The notes below the pieces were generated by a model. It had not been told where the DNA came from. It searched no databases and saw only the letters and a program-made list of their open reading frames with translations. Below are positions 52,361 through 64,000 of a DNA stretch of 64,000 nucleotides, piece after piece (positions within the stretch are counted from its first letter, which is position 1; each line of letters starts with the position of its first letter). Made by a program: the position numbers and the translations under genes. Origin of the DNA: Octopus bimaculoides (taxonomy: Eukaryota). The stretch spans positions 29,358,263-29,422,262 of the forward strand of contig NC_068983.1 in NCBI RefSeq assembly GCF_001194135.2, in the 5' to 3' direction.

Positions 52361-55233
52361 GTATTCAGGTCACCCAGCTATGGCTGAGGCAGACCAATAT
52401 CCTCTCCAAAGAAAGCTTTATCCTTCATTCATTTGATTTAACACCACTATCTGGCCCTTAAGTGTCTTTAGCAAAGTCCACTCTGTTATAAATATTCAGA
52501 TCGTGTCTTCAGTGTGAAGAGTAACCTGATAAGTTGATGAAGCATTGCTCCCCGCTGTATCAATGCATCACACTGGAGGCACTAGAAAAGGTTAGTAGCA
52601 CAGCTCTTCATCTTCTAAACCATGAAAAAAATTAGAAAAGCTCATAACTAAGCACTAGTTCTTAAAAACCCATCAAGGTTCGGAAGACATTTACATACTT
52701 TTTCTTGCACAAGATAGCAAATAATGTAACTAGAGAGAATTAAGGAAATAATGAGGCACCAATCTATTGGAAACTGTCAATATTTTACACTACTGACAGG
52801 GTGTTTTCTGCCATACCCTTACAAACTATTTCCTCAGAGTTTGACTTTAGTATATATTCAAAAATTTCTGATAACTTGTCTACTTAATTTTATGCTTGCA
52901 ATAAATCTGAATTTAAAATATTAGACTATAGATAAATTTTCCCTGAAAGCTTTGAAGAATTTAATAAATTGGACCTAACATTAATAATCTAAAGACTTAA
53001 CAAAGTTCAAAATACAATGGGCAAATATTGTCAGCTGAAATTTATCATTTATTGAATTAAAAACAAAAAAAATCTCATCATCAGATTGTATCTATGTCCA
53101 ATCATGTCACCATTTATAATTGGTAAAGTCATGCAAAGAAAAGCTTGAGGGTAGGATAAAGTGAGAATAATTTGGAAAATAATGCAAAATATTTGCTAAA
53201 AGAAAAAGAAAAAAATAGATTGATCATATTTTGAAAACACAAAAAAAAATGAAGCTAAATGAATATATTGGTGGGCAAAATATTGGCTTGGCAGTGTCAA
53301 CCTTTGATGAATGTACAAAAGCAAATAAAAAATATTGGGAAATGAAAGAAACACTGACACACAGACTTTGGGGAGTGGGGTTACTCTATCATGTTTTTCT
53401 CTCTCTTTGTAAAGATTTCTTTCAGTCCCCTACATGCATACTATCTACTTGGCTGACTCACATACATAAGTGACCAGTCTGGTTGGCCAGATAATTCAGT
53501 TTGAATTAATAATATTGATGTTTAGACATTCCATGCTAAATTGCATTAAAGTTGGCTAAAACAATACAGAATGAAGACAACTAAACGGAAAAGCATCTTT
53601 AGCAATTTAAAATTGGAAAACCCTGCATCTTAGGTTTTTCTGAAAAGCGAACAAAAGCTGTGAAATAGGAACCTGTGGTGGAGACAGGGCATACTGGCAA
53701 AGGTGGGGGGAGGCTTTTTTTATAAAAGCCTAAATTTTAAATATGGAAGTAATTGAAGTGATAAAAAGAAAAAAAGAAAAAAGGGAAAAATATATTTAGC
53801 AAGCAAGAAATAAATAGCTAGAACTATGCTAAAACTGGCAAAAATTATTTTCTTTAAGCGTCAAGTTTAATTTTAAAATACATTTTGCTTCAGTGCATTA
53901 AATCAAAAAGATTAATTTTCCCCAATAAATATTTCTTCGGGCTGTTCCTTGTGATTTCTTTGTTGAACTGACTTTGAAGAATAGCCTTGAGTGCCAGTTC
54001 AAATTTCTATATTGATTATTTACCAAATTGAAAAAAAGAAAAAAAACAAAACGTGAAAATTCCTCCGTAACAAGAACCTAAGAAAGACAAGATTATCCTC
54101 AGCAAGTATTGTCAAGAAACTCAACCTGCAACTGAAATCAATTGATTAGTAAAATAGAAAATAACAGCTTAACTGAAAATAATAGGATTTTTATTTGCTG
54201 TTCAATTTAACGACAATAGAGATGCACTGATACTCCATCTAGCGAACATCTTTTCTCTAATCAGATATTCTCCAAAAGAAAACTACCAAATTTGACAGTT
54301 CCTGTCCATTATAACCAATCTGTTTTCTCTAAATAAATCAAACAGTTCAGTAATGTAGCAAAGAAAAATACCAATTTTATTAACAGCAATACAAACCAAT
54401 CAGTTTGGTGAAGAGGAAGACCAATAGGTATTGAACTTTCTAAAATCAATAAGCATTTCTTGATGGATTAATACGCAAACAATCAACAGAGAATGCCACA
54501 CTATACTTAATATTACTTCCTACATTCAGTTTCAAAACAAAATGGAAATTAAAAATAAGCTACCATATGATTATCAATATATAACCTTTTTTTACAGAAG
54601 TACTAACTGTTGTTGCTGTTAATCAACATGAAAGTTAAAATAAGAGATAGTTATAAGTGATATGTAAGCAGATGAACACAGCACGATGAACAAGTGAACA
54701 GTGACATCTAAGAAAGGTTTCAGACCAGGAACTTCAACATGAACAAAACCATGTAATCAAAGACAACTAAGAGTGGAAAGAATATATGCTATAAGATGAA
54801 AATATTCAGTTACTTGTTTTAATTAGTATATTTACTAGCTCAGCAGTTGTTTTCAAAGAACAACAAATCTGAAAAATTACTTCTCAATGTGGTGCATACC
54901 CATTTCTAATTTTTCCCATGAAACTTAGCTTGCTCATGTTAATACCACCAATTTTCAATTACCGCTGAAGACAGATTATAACTCCTGACTGAGAGAACAG
55001 ATCCTAGATTAACCAACAAAAGCTTAAGAGAGGCAGAGGTAAGAACCAACAAGTAATTACTGCAATGACCAAAAACACTAAGCTCATAGACCTTAAAATA
55101 ATTTAATGTAACTACAGATATTTAGAATTTGAACATAAAGAAAACTTGAATCATGGCTCTATGATGGAAGCTTACTTTGAATATGGCTATGATAGGAACT
55201 GGACACTGAAATCACAGCTGTATAGCAGAAGCT

Positions 55234-55309
55234 GGCACTGTCATGGTATTAGCTGTCAGAAGTGAAAGTAGAAAAATCTGACAAGGAACGTTACTGCTGG
55301 TTTGAGTTA

Positions 55310-55394
<85 letters not shown>

Positions 55395-55694
55395 CACTCG
55401 AAAGTTATTGGAACAAATTTGACACCTATATCCATGCGTTTGAAAACACACAGAGTATAAGGGTACTACTAAAGCAGAGTGGTCCCGAACGCGCAGTCGC
55501 GCTAGCTAGTCGTGAGTGGTCGATCCTATTATTTTTAAACTTCAAACTTCATTTGTTTTCTATTTTGATAAACTCTCTCTGTTGAAAATTATATTTTTAT
55601 ATTTCAAATAATTTGCAATTTCAGAAAATATATTTTTATATTAAATTTGCGTTTTCTAATTTGATAAATTCTACGGACACAGAGGTGAACGAGT

Positions 55695-55730
<36 letters not shown>

Positions 55731-55751
55731 TAGAGAGAGAGATAGATAGTG

Positions 55752-55782
<31 letters not shown>

Positions 55783-55883
55783 TAGCTCCGGCTAGTCAGT
55801 AGCCAAAGAATCAACTCAAACCAGCAGTAATGTTCCTTGTCAGTTCTACTTTCACTTCTGACAGCTAATACCATGACAGTGCC
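55234..55883. mobile_element. Foldback-type non-autonomous DNA transposon with long TIRs containing compound microsatellites
   Basis: Termini GGCACTGTCATGG...CCATGACAGTGCC; exact 8-bp TSD CAGAAGCT at 55226-55233 and 55884-55891; arms of about 170-190 bp. Confidence 0.85.
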
Positions 55884-56891
55884 CAGAAGCTTACCTTGAA
55901 CTCTGGCTCAAAAATGGTAGCTTACATCAAAATTACAGTTTTATGCAGAGAACTAACATTAACCCACAATTGTATGATGGTGCTTACATTTAGTCCACTT
56001 ACACAAATAAATAGATTCCTACAGGTTAGCCAACAATATTTACCTGTCTCAAAATCATGCACTATGTTTATTTGTCTCACGCTAATATCAGACATTACAA
56101 TAGACAGGTTCATAAACAATGAAACAGACATGACAGTATGCTAGTAAGTTACATGATATTTCCTTTTCCTATATACATTACAGAATGCATATAGTTGGTA
56201 CACTTACAAAGAGAAAAACATTCAAATACAATCGACACATTCATCAAAGCCAACACCTGGAAAATCTGATCCAAGAATTAGTGTTTCTTGGCTTTGTTTC
56301 TAGTCATTTTTACACTTTCTTAGTAGAATACATCTCACACGTCTATATCAGACTAAGACCAATTCCATCACACGCTGATAAAAACCTGCTACTAATAACC
56401 ACATAATGCAGTTTTACCTGCTCATGGATGAGTTAACAGTGACTAAACTAGCCCCTACAGAGCTTGTTCAACAAGGAAAGGGTGTGGGCATCAAATAGAA
56501 TGAAAAACTAAATCAGTTAAAAGCGAATGAGCTCCTTGAGAGTCAATTGTACCCATATCCTGGTGCCAATGGGATAACCAATCCCAATACAAATATATTA
56601 TATTGATACCAATGTAATTATAGTTTTATACCAGACAGGTCAGATGCATTAAGAAAGCCTAAGATTGAAAGAAGACGAGAAAATTGGTAAAACTAAAAAT
56701 CTAATGGTAGAAGAAAAGTTATGGGAAAATGGAAATATAAAAAGTGACTTTCTGCTACTTGGTTGTATGAACTAGTTGAGAGCATCAGCCAAAATTGCTT
56801 AACAATTTCTCTGTCATCTTCTGAAGTAGGAACTACAAGTTATGTCCTAAATCTCAAGCCAATCTAAATAACACTCCAATATATATATATA

Positions 56892-57410
56892 NNNNNNNNN
56901 NNNNNNNNNNNNNNNNNNNNNNNNNNNNNNNNNNNNNNNNNNNNNNNNNNNNNNNNNNNNNNNNNNNNNNNNNNNNNNNNNNNNNNNNNNNNNNNNNNNN
57001 NNNNNNNNNNNNNNNNNNNNNNNNNNNNNNNNNNNNNNNNNNNNNNNNNNNNNNNNNNNNNNNNNNNNNNNNNNNNNNNNNNNNNNNNNNNNNNNNNNNN
57101 NNNNNNNNNNNNNNNNNNNNNNNNNNNNNNNNNNNNNNNNNNNNNNNNNNNNNNNNNNNNNNNNNNNNNNNNNNNNNNNNNNNNNNNNNNNNNNNNNNNN
57201 NNNNNNNNNNNNNNNNNNNNNNNNNNNNNNNNNNNNNNNNNNNNNNNNNNNNNNNNNNNNNNNNNNNNNNNNNNNNNNNNNNNNNNNNNNNNNNNNNNNN
57301 NNNNNNNNNNNNNNNNNNNNNNNNNNNNNNNNNNNNNNNNNNNNNNNNNNNNNNNNNNNNNNNNNNNNNNNNNNNNNNNNNNNNNNNNNNNNNNNNNNNN
57401 NNNNNNNNNN
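56892..57410. other. Assembly gap; other gaps at 15192-15576, 16277-16286, 20443-20452, 46390-46474, 59358-59490 and 62652-63039
   Basis: N runs; these could hide small exons. Confidence 0.99.
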
Positions 57411-57646
57411 AAAATAAATCTTTAATTTTACACATTCAATAGTTAATGTTGCTTATATCAAATTACTGTTATGCTGTTAAGGCTTAAACTAATATTTTTG
57501 AATAGGTTTTTAAGAGAACTCTAACAACAGGGAGGGGAGGGTGTTCTCAAATTTCAATGTGAGTGAAATTTTAACTGTGGGCAAAGGGTTCCTCACCCAT
57601 GCTTTGAATGCTTAACCTGCTAGAAACAGCAGATGACACCCAACCA

Positions 57647-57682
<36 letters not shown>

Positions 57683-58664
57683 TTCTAAAAGCAGGATGGT
57701 CAAGACTGAATCATTCAATCATATGTTTGCTTGAGTTACCAGACTTAACTTTGGGCTGAAAACAAAACCCCTAGAGAGGTTATTGTAATAACCCAGGGTT
57801 AAAAAAACACACACAAAAACACCTCCACCACCCCATTTCATTGTTCCAAAAATTATAACAGGATAGACTATTTTTAAAGACAAATCAAATTCAACACTTT
57901 TATGTCTGCTTTCTTCACACTGCCATAGACATAACATTTAAAGTTGGACACATTCTATGGCTGGATGCCCTTCTTGACATCAACCCTTACAGCTGGATCT
58001 TTTGTTTTGGAAACAAATAATATCACTGACAAAGCAGTGCCTTTGAGAAGATATGCAGATACTAATACACACACACACAGTACACAGAAATATGTGTATT
58101 GGCTTCCATCAACAAAATTTCACTCACAAGGCATTGGTCAGCTTGAGGCTATAATAGCAGACACTTCACCGGTACAAGGTACCAAGCTGTGGTATTGAAA
58201 AGATTAAGTAGACTTTCTAAATCTATGATAATATAACTCTCACATATTTGTTTAAAAGTAAAAAGTAAAGGAGTTCTTTTAAATTTACATAGATTCCACA
58301 TTCTACTGAACTAGCAAATCTACAGATCTACGATGGAGACATAAAATGAGGGTGGGAAGTTATAACAGCAGTATGTATTGAGAAATGTGTAAATGGACTT
58401 GATAGATCACTGGGTGATGTCTTAGACAAATCACATTATTGTTGGTGATACAGCATTGTATTGTAGCTATATGATGTCTTTGCGACTAAGTGACATGTGA
58501 TGATGATTCACTCCCAAACTGAAATAGGCTCCCAGCTTCTGTATCATGAATGATTATGTGGACCACTCCTAATGAAAGCCAGACACTATATACTGACACA
58601 CACTTTTTCCAGTTTATTTTTGCTATTAACCGTCCTCGTGACCCCCTTCGTATCTATGATGGGC

Positions 58665-59226
58665 CACGAACTATACAATGAAAATCCAGAGTTACTCATG
58701 GTCGGTGTATTTTTAATAAAAATGTGAAAGTCGTTTATCAATTCAAAAATCGATATCCACAAAATAATCATACTTTCTGATTTTTTAATGCTGAAAACCT
58801 TCCTGACGACCATGTTTGTAATCCCCCAAAAATATCTTAACTATTGGTCCTGTCACGAAGAGGGAACAAAGAGATGAACAGATGGACATAATACCCATTA
58901 TAGTAAGATAGTAAACCTGCTCATCTACGATGGGAAATAAAGGGATAGTATCGCAAACCTAAACCCTTCTAAATTCACGAACTATATGGTGGGGAGGGGA
59001 ATCCAGAGTTAATCCTAGTTGCCAATTTTAGCAAAAAGAATCAAAGTTGATTTATTAATACAAAACTCAATATCCACTAAATAATCAAATTTTATTACAT
59101 TTTTTTCACTAAAAACCTTCCTGATTACCTCTTTCGTAACCCTCCAAAACATTATGACCATTGGACAAGCCATTTGACTGTGAAAAGGGAACAGACAGAT
59201 AGCCATAATGCTCATTATAGTAAGAT
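58665..59226 (+). repeat. Two diverged tandem copies (about 245-250 bp) ending in CATTATAGTAAGAT
   Basis: Copies at 58665-58909 and 58976-59226 share cacgaactata, aatccagagtta, atatccac, aaaaccttcctga and cattatagtaagat. Confidence 0.7.
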
Positions 59227-60309
59227 GACCAACAGTTTAAAGTTTTTGATAGAATTTTTTTATGGTTTAGTTCGAGGAAGAAGGGCAACTGTAGAGCAAA
59301 AGGAAGTTCTCACTATCCTTAGATTAGTCCTAACTACTTGCAATACAAAGACACCATNNNNNNNNNNNNNNNNNNNNNNNNNNNNNNNNNNNNNNNNNNN
59401 NNNNNNNNNNNNNNNNNNNNNNNNNNNNNNNNNNNNNNNNNNNNNNNNNNNNNNNNNNNNNNNNNNNNNNNNNNNNNNNNNNNNNNNNNNGAGTACACAA
59501 GTGAGATATTTTTGTTAAAGAAATACTAATTACTTCATTGATTAATCCTTTTTTGTGACTACATTTCTAATAAAACTTACAATCTATATTCGTTTATATC
59601 CATTTACACATTTCAGTCATGTGATTGTGGTCATGCTGGAGCACCACCATGAATATTTAAATTAGTTTTATAAAATAATAATATCTTGGACAGCTTTAGT
59701 AAAATCAGGGTCTCTTCTCATTATTAATCTGGAACTTATAACTTTAAAATTTTCAATAAAATTACGACAGGTTTCCCCAAATTTAAAAGTATTAAACATT
59801 TTAAAATAGTATGCTTTATATCATAGAACTAATGAAAGTCTAAGGCAGGTTGGTATTAAATGAGTTAATTATAATAAGCTTTCAGGTATTTAAAATGTAT
59901 TTTGTAATCTAGTGTATAGCACCCGGGTATCTAAACCCAACAAATATTTAACTGTCTTTTACCCTCTATGACATAAACTATAAATTTTAAATCAGCCCAG
60001 TTAGATATAACAAACTTCACGAATTGAAGGAACACCAGCAAAACAACATGGAGTGAAAAAAAAAAAAAAAAAAAAAAAAGAAAATGAACATAGCAATAGG
60101 AAATATTCAAAAAGAAAAATCTGCAGCTCATTTCATGTCTACTCAGTGAAACCTAGATTGTGCATATGGAGAAAAGCCAGCAATCAAATAAAGGCAAGTT
60201 GAAGCATAATGACCAACACGAGACTGGAATGAAGTTCAAGTGATGCAAGGTTTTACAAAGGGTGGGCGTTTTTTTTTTTTTTCTTTCTTGAGAATAGTTT
60301 GGAAGTTAC

Positions 60310-60525
60310 CTCGTGTAGGGTTAGGACAATAGTCATGAAGAATGAGATCAATATTCTTTTCACAGCCCTCTCTCCTCATCTCACACTCACTATTGTAAAC
60401 TCGGCCATCCGAAGCACAGACTTCGCCATCCGAAGACGGGCTCTCATGACATTCGATGTCACACTCACAGACATTATTTTTACAAGTTGCACCATATGAA
60501 CAGTTACTATTGCTCGTACACTGAT
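60310..60525 (-). CDS. Exon encoding a complete follistatin domain (FOLN + Kazal, 10 Cys), FS1; proposed most 5' visible exon of the insulin-receptor-like gene
   Basis: Not in the ORF track. Acceptor ctatttcag|AT and donor CGA G|gtaact; 216 nt, phase 1-1. Translation xQCTSNSNCSYGATCKNNVCECDIECHESPSSDGEVCASDGRVYNSECEMRREGCEKNIDLILHDYCPNPTR(G) has the Kazal VCASDGxxYxSEC motif and 10 Cys. Confidence 0.93.
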
Positions 60526-61880
60526 CTGAAATAGAAATAGATCAATCACAAGTTAAGGTTAGACATCAGAGACTGAGTTACATATACTGTGTGGTTTGTG
60601 AGAGACTTTGTTAATGATATAAAAAGAGAGTACATAGAGAGCGGAATTAAGAAACCTGAGAGATAGAAGGAGAAAAAAAATAATAAAATTAAACCTAAGT
60701 ACAGAAGATGATTTGATCCCATAAAAAAACTGGGAGCAAAAGCAGGTATAATGACTAATAACGAAAAAGAATGTTAACAAAAGAGAAAATGAAATATAGG
60801 TTGAAGATGAATGAAAATAGATTACACAAATGAGGGATACTATTTTAATAAAGGCTGCGCATTGTCTAGATATTAAAAAATTATATAGGGTCAGAAAAGG
60901 GAAATAACTGGAAAAAACTGGGTAAAAATTATTGATTTGTAATAAAGTCTGTTATGAAATGTCTTCCCTTAAAAAAATAAATAAAAAATATCTTCTTATA
61001 CTCAATAAAAAAAAGTTTACAAAACTCTGCAACCATCACATAATAAAAAAAAAACAACCTGAAATTGAGCAATGCATATTAACTTCAACATCTGAAAACA
61101 AAACACATAAGCATATTTTTTTTTTAACTGAAAGTAGAAAAAAATACAAAAGAACAAAAATAAAATAAACATAAATTTGGTTGTTTACACTAAAAATTAT
61201 TCAGACGTTTTAAAAAATATAATGCAAAAATTAAAAAACAAAAATCAATACTTTGTTGTTATGTTTTTTTTTTATAAAAAAAAAACCTGTTTTACTAAAG
61301 ATGATAGAAAATAAAAGAAAAATAATAAAATAGGATATAAGATATAGTTAGAATTATTGGATTTACATTTACAGAACTTCTGTAAGAGAAATGACTAAAA
61401 AATTTAATTAGGCAACGAATACATCTTAGTTTGCAGATCAAGATCATTTATTTCTCCTGGCAATCCTCTAAGATGGATTTTTATAGAGTGACTATATACT
61501 TGTTTGTGCCTGAAAAGACACGACGTAAAAATTTGGAGAGTAAAGGACAACTGATTTCATTAACCGCAATATGTTACTGGAAACGTGTCTTAAAATATGT
61601 TTTCATGCCTGGTAACCTTAAATATTGTATACATGTGTTTAATGATTCTCTCATCACTACTTCAACAGGTACAGTAGATTCTTTCTGTTTTACTGAAGAA
61701 GCCGAATAATACTTAAACATGACCAGAATTTTCTCCCCTATTTGTGAGTCATTAAGCCAATGCCTTTCCTTAACCTTTTGATGATTCTTCTTATTAAATA
61801 AGTTGTCAAGAGCTTCAATGTGATGAAATATAACGTCTAATGTGGCACTATTTTGAAATTTACAGAATTATATATATACC

Positions 61881-62190
61881 TGACACTCCGTCAGTTACAA
61901 CGACGAGGGTTCCAGTTGATCCAATCAACAGAACAGCCTGCTTGTGAGATTAACATACAAGGGATTGAGCACTCCACAGACATGTGTATCTTTAACATAG
62001 ATCTCAGAGAGAGTCAGCATGACACAGAGTGTGGATAAGGCTGAAACACAAGTACTACCTCATTTTTGTCAGCTGAGTGGACTGGAGCAACACGAAATTA
62101 AAGCATCTTGCTCAAGGACACAATGCATCGTCAGGAATTGAACTCACAACCTTATGATCATGAGCTGAATACCCTAACCACTAAACCAAG
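61881..62190 (-). mobile_element. tRNA-derived SINE sharing its 3' body with family A but with a different 5' region
   Basis: Shares gagggttccagttgatcc...gagcactccacagacac with family A and has a tRNA-like head near 62140-62190. Confidence 0.7.
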
Positions 62191-62216
62191 CACTTATATA
62201 TATATATATATATATA

Positions 62217-62345
62217 CAGTAATGCCTCAGCATACCAGTTAATTTGTTCCTGGAAACCGATCATAAAATGAAAACTCGTAAAGCAGAGCAATAATTTCCC
62301 ATAGTAGCAATGTTATAAATCGTAATTCGTTCCCAGAAAAATATT
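62217..62345 (+). mobile_element. pogo/Tigger-like element fragment
   Basis: TA-CAGT start followed by gttaatttgttcctgga...tttcccatagtagcaatgtt, shared with a second copy at about 7430-7535. Confidence 0.5.
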
Positions 62346-63091
62346 TTTATCAATAAAATTTATAATACTCATAAATAAATGGCAATAAACCAACTGTAGA
62401 ATGTAAAGAATATTTTATGCAAAGCAAAAAGAATGTCAAGATCATTTATAATAAAAGATATTATTATTACCATTTTCTGAAACACTTTCACTTGCACTAG
62501 ACTCACACACACCATCACTTGCAGACATGATACACAAGCACTTGTAGATGGAGATGGACTAATAGATTTCTTCTTAAACAACAAGCCTAGAGGTATTTGC
62601 TGAGAAGAAGCTTTGTTTCTCAGTAACATGCAGAATGATTTGTTATGGTAGNNNNNNNNNNNNNNNNNNNNNNNNNNNNNNNNNNNNNNNNNNNNNNNNN
62701 NNNNNNNNNNNNNNNNNNNNNNNNNNNNNNNNNNNNNNNNNNNNNNNNNNNNNNNNNNNNNNNNNNNNNNNNNNNNNNNNNNNNNNNNNNNNNNNNNNNN
62801 NNNNNNNNNNNNNNNNNNNNNNNNNNNNNNNNNNNNNNNNNNNNNNNNNNNNNNNNNNNNNNNNNNNNNNNNNNNNNNNNNNNNNNNNNNNNNNNNNNNN
62901 NNNNNNNNNNNNNNNNNNNNNNNNNNNNNNNNNNNNNNNNNNNNNNNNNNNNNNNNNNNNNNNNNNNNNNNNNNNNNNNNNNNNNNNNNNNNNNNNNNNN
63001 NNNNNNNNNNNNNNNNNNNNNNNNNNNNNNNNNNNNNNNCGTACTTCGTATTTTTTGTTGTACACATTTCGTGATGTCCTGTGCCCACATA

Positions 63092-63144
<53 letters not shown>

Positions 63145-64000
63145 GTATAGATGTAAGTATGTACATATATGTATGTATATATATATATGCATATTTATAT
63201 TATTATATGGCTGAATGCCACGCATCCTCTTCCAAGTAAGTTTTATATATATATCCTGTAAAGTCAGTGAGAGCACACCATACTTTAGGGAAGCATTTTG
63301 TCCAGTGCAGTAATGATTCAGTCAGCTTGCTGTCTTCCTTGTTATGAATAAAAGAAAATGTAACTTAATTTTTACACACATTTTTACCCCCAGGAAACTA
63401 ACAATTAATTCCATAGACAGGAACTTTTTCCAAACATTACCCAAACAAGTGAATCAATAGTTAATAAAATGCCTGGCATATTATTAACAAAAAGAAAAAT
63501 ATAAGTAGGTATCTGTAAAACATCAATTCTAAGTACAGACAAATCAATTACTTAAAATACAGGTCAGCCATGATCAAAAAGATCTAAGATCAAAAGGATT
63601 TCAATCAGGATCATCCTATCTCTTGTCTATTTAGGAGTCTAGGAATACGTTTCAATGTGTCCTTCCCTTTTTTCAAGGTAGGATGTGATTTGAAGGAGAT
63701 TTGGTTACTATTTCTAGCAAGCCATATGACCACTTAAAAGTTCTCCCAGTGATTTTGACAAATATCTGTCATCTCATCTGATAAATAAAAGTGAAATGAA
63801 GTAACTACTTTTCTGTGAGGCTTTTAGTCATTGTAATTTCTTTTTTTTTTTGATTACTCATCAGTTTGTGCTTCAGGTTGTATCATTTCTTACTTTTTTA
63901 TGCGTTAAGCCATTTCCAAAATCTTGGCATAACAAATGAGACTGGGTAATAATTTGTAAGAGAATTACTGAAACTGTTTGAAAGAAAGTACAATGAAACT

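Noticed and set aside
33149-60525. The follistatin exons as part of an agrin, follistatin or TMEFF gene
   Set aside because: No laminin-EGF, SEA, LamG, EGF or TM exons were found. The last Kazal exon has a perfect donor that is phase-compatible with L1 only 622 bp away. A separate gene is not excluded but is less parsimonious.
62470-62650. Possible signal-peptide or upstream exon ending AAT G|gtaata (..KCLCIMSASDGVCESSASESVSENG)
   Set aside because: No good acceptor, no hydrophobic signal core, and the Cys spacing does not fit a follistatin domain. It is next to a gap, so it cannot be supported.

Overview
AT-rich, repeat-dense animal genomic DNA. The tRNA-derived SINE families and RTE-type (GAT)n-tailed repeats look octopod (Octopus-like); this is an inference from repeat style. 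The window has seven N gaps. One multi-exon gene runs along the minus strand. I traced 11 coding exons by hand, all with AG/GT boundaries and matching phases, giving 1945 nt (647 full codons) with no stop. From N- to C-terminus they encode follistatin domain 1 (60310-60525), follistatin domain 2 (46008-46119 plus 33149-33261), then an insulin/IGF-receptor ectodomain: L1 (32014-32526), furin-like Cys-rich (14599-14765, 12088-12271), L2 (10649-10744, 10033-10180, 8923-9137) and the start of FnIII-1 (3341-3467, 1626-1679). The signal-peptide exon was not found and the kinase half must lie beyond the left end. The main result is an insulin-receptor-family gene that appears to carry at least two N-terminal follistatin (FOLN+Kazal) modules spliced in frame onto L1. 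Canonical insulin/IGF receptors lack this architecture. The introns contain SINEs, decayed RTE and CR1/L2 LINEs, several MITE families, a foldback-type element and microsatellites.
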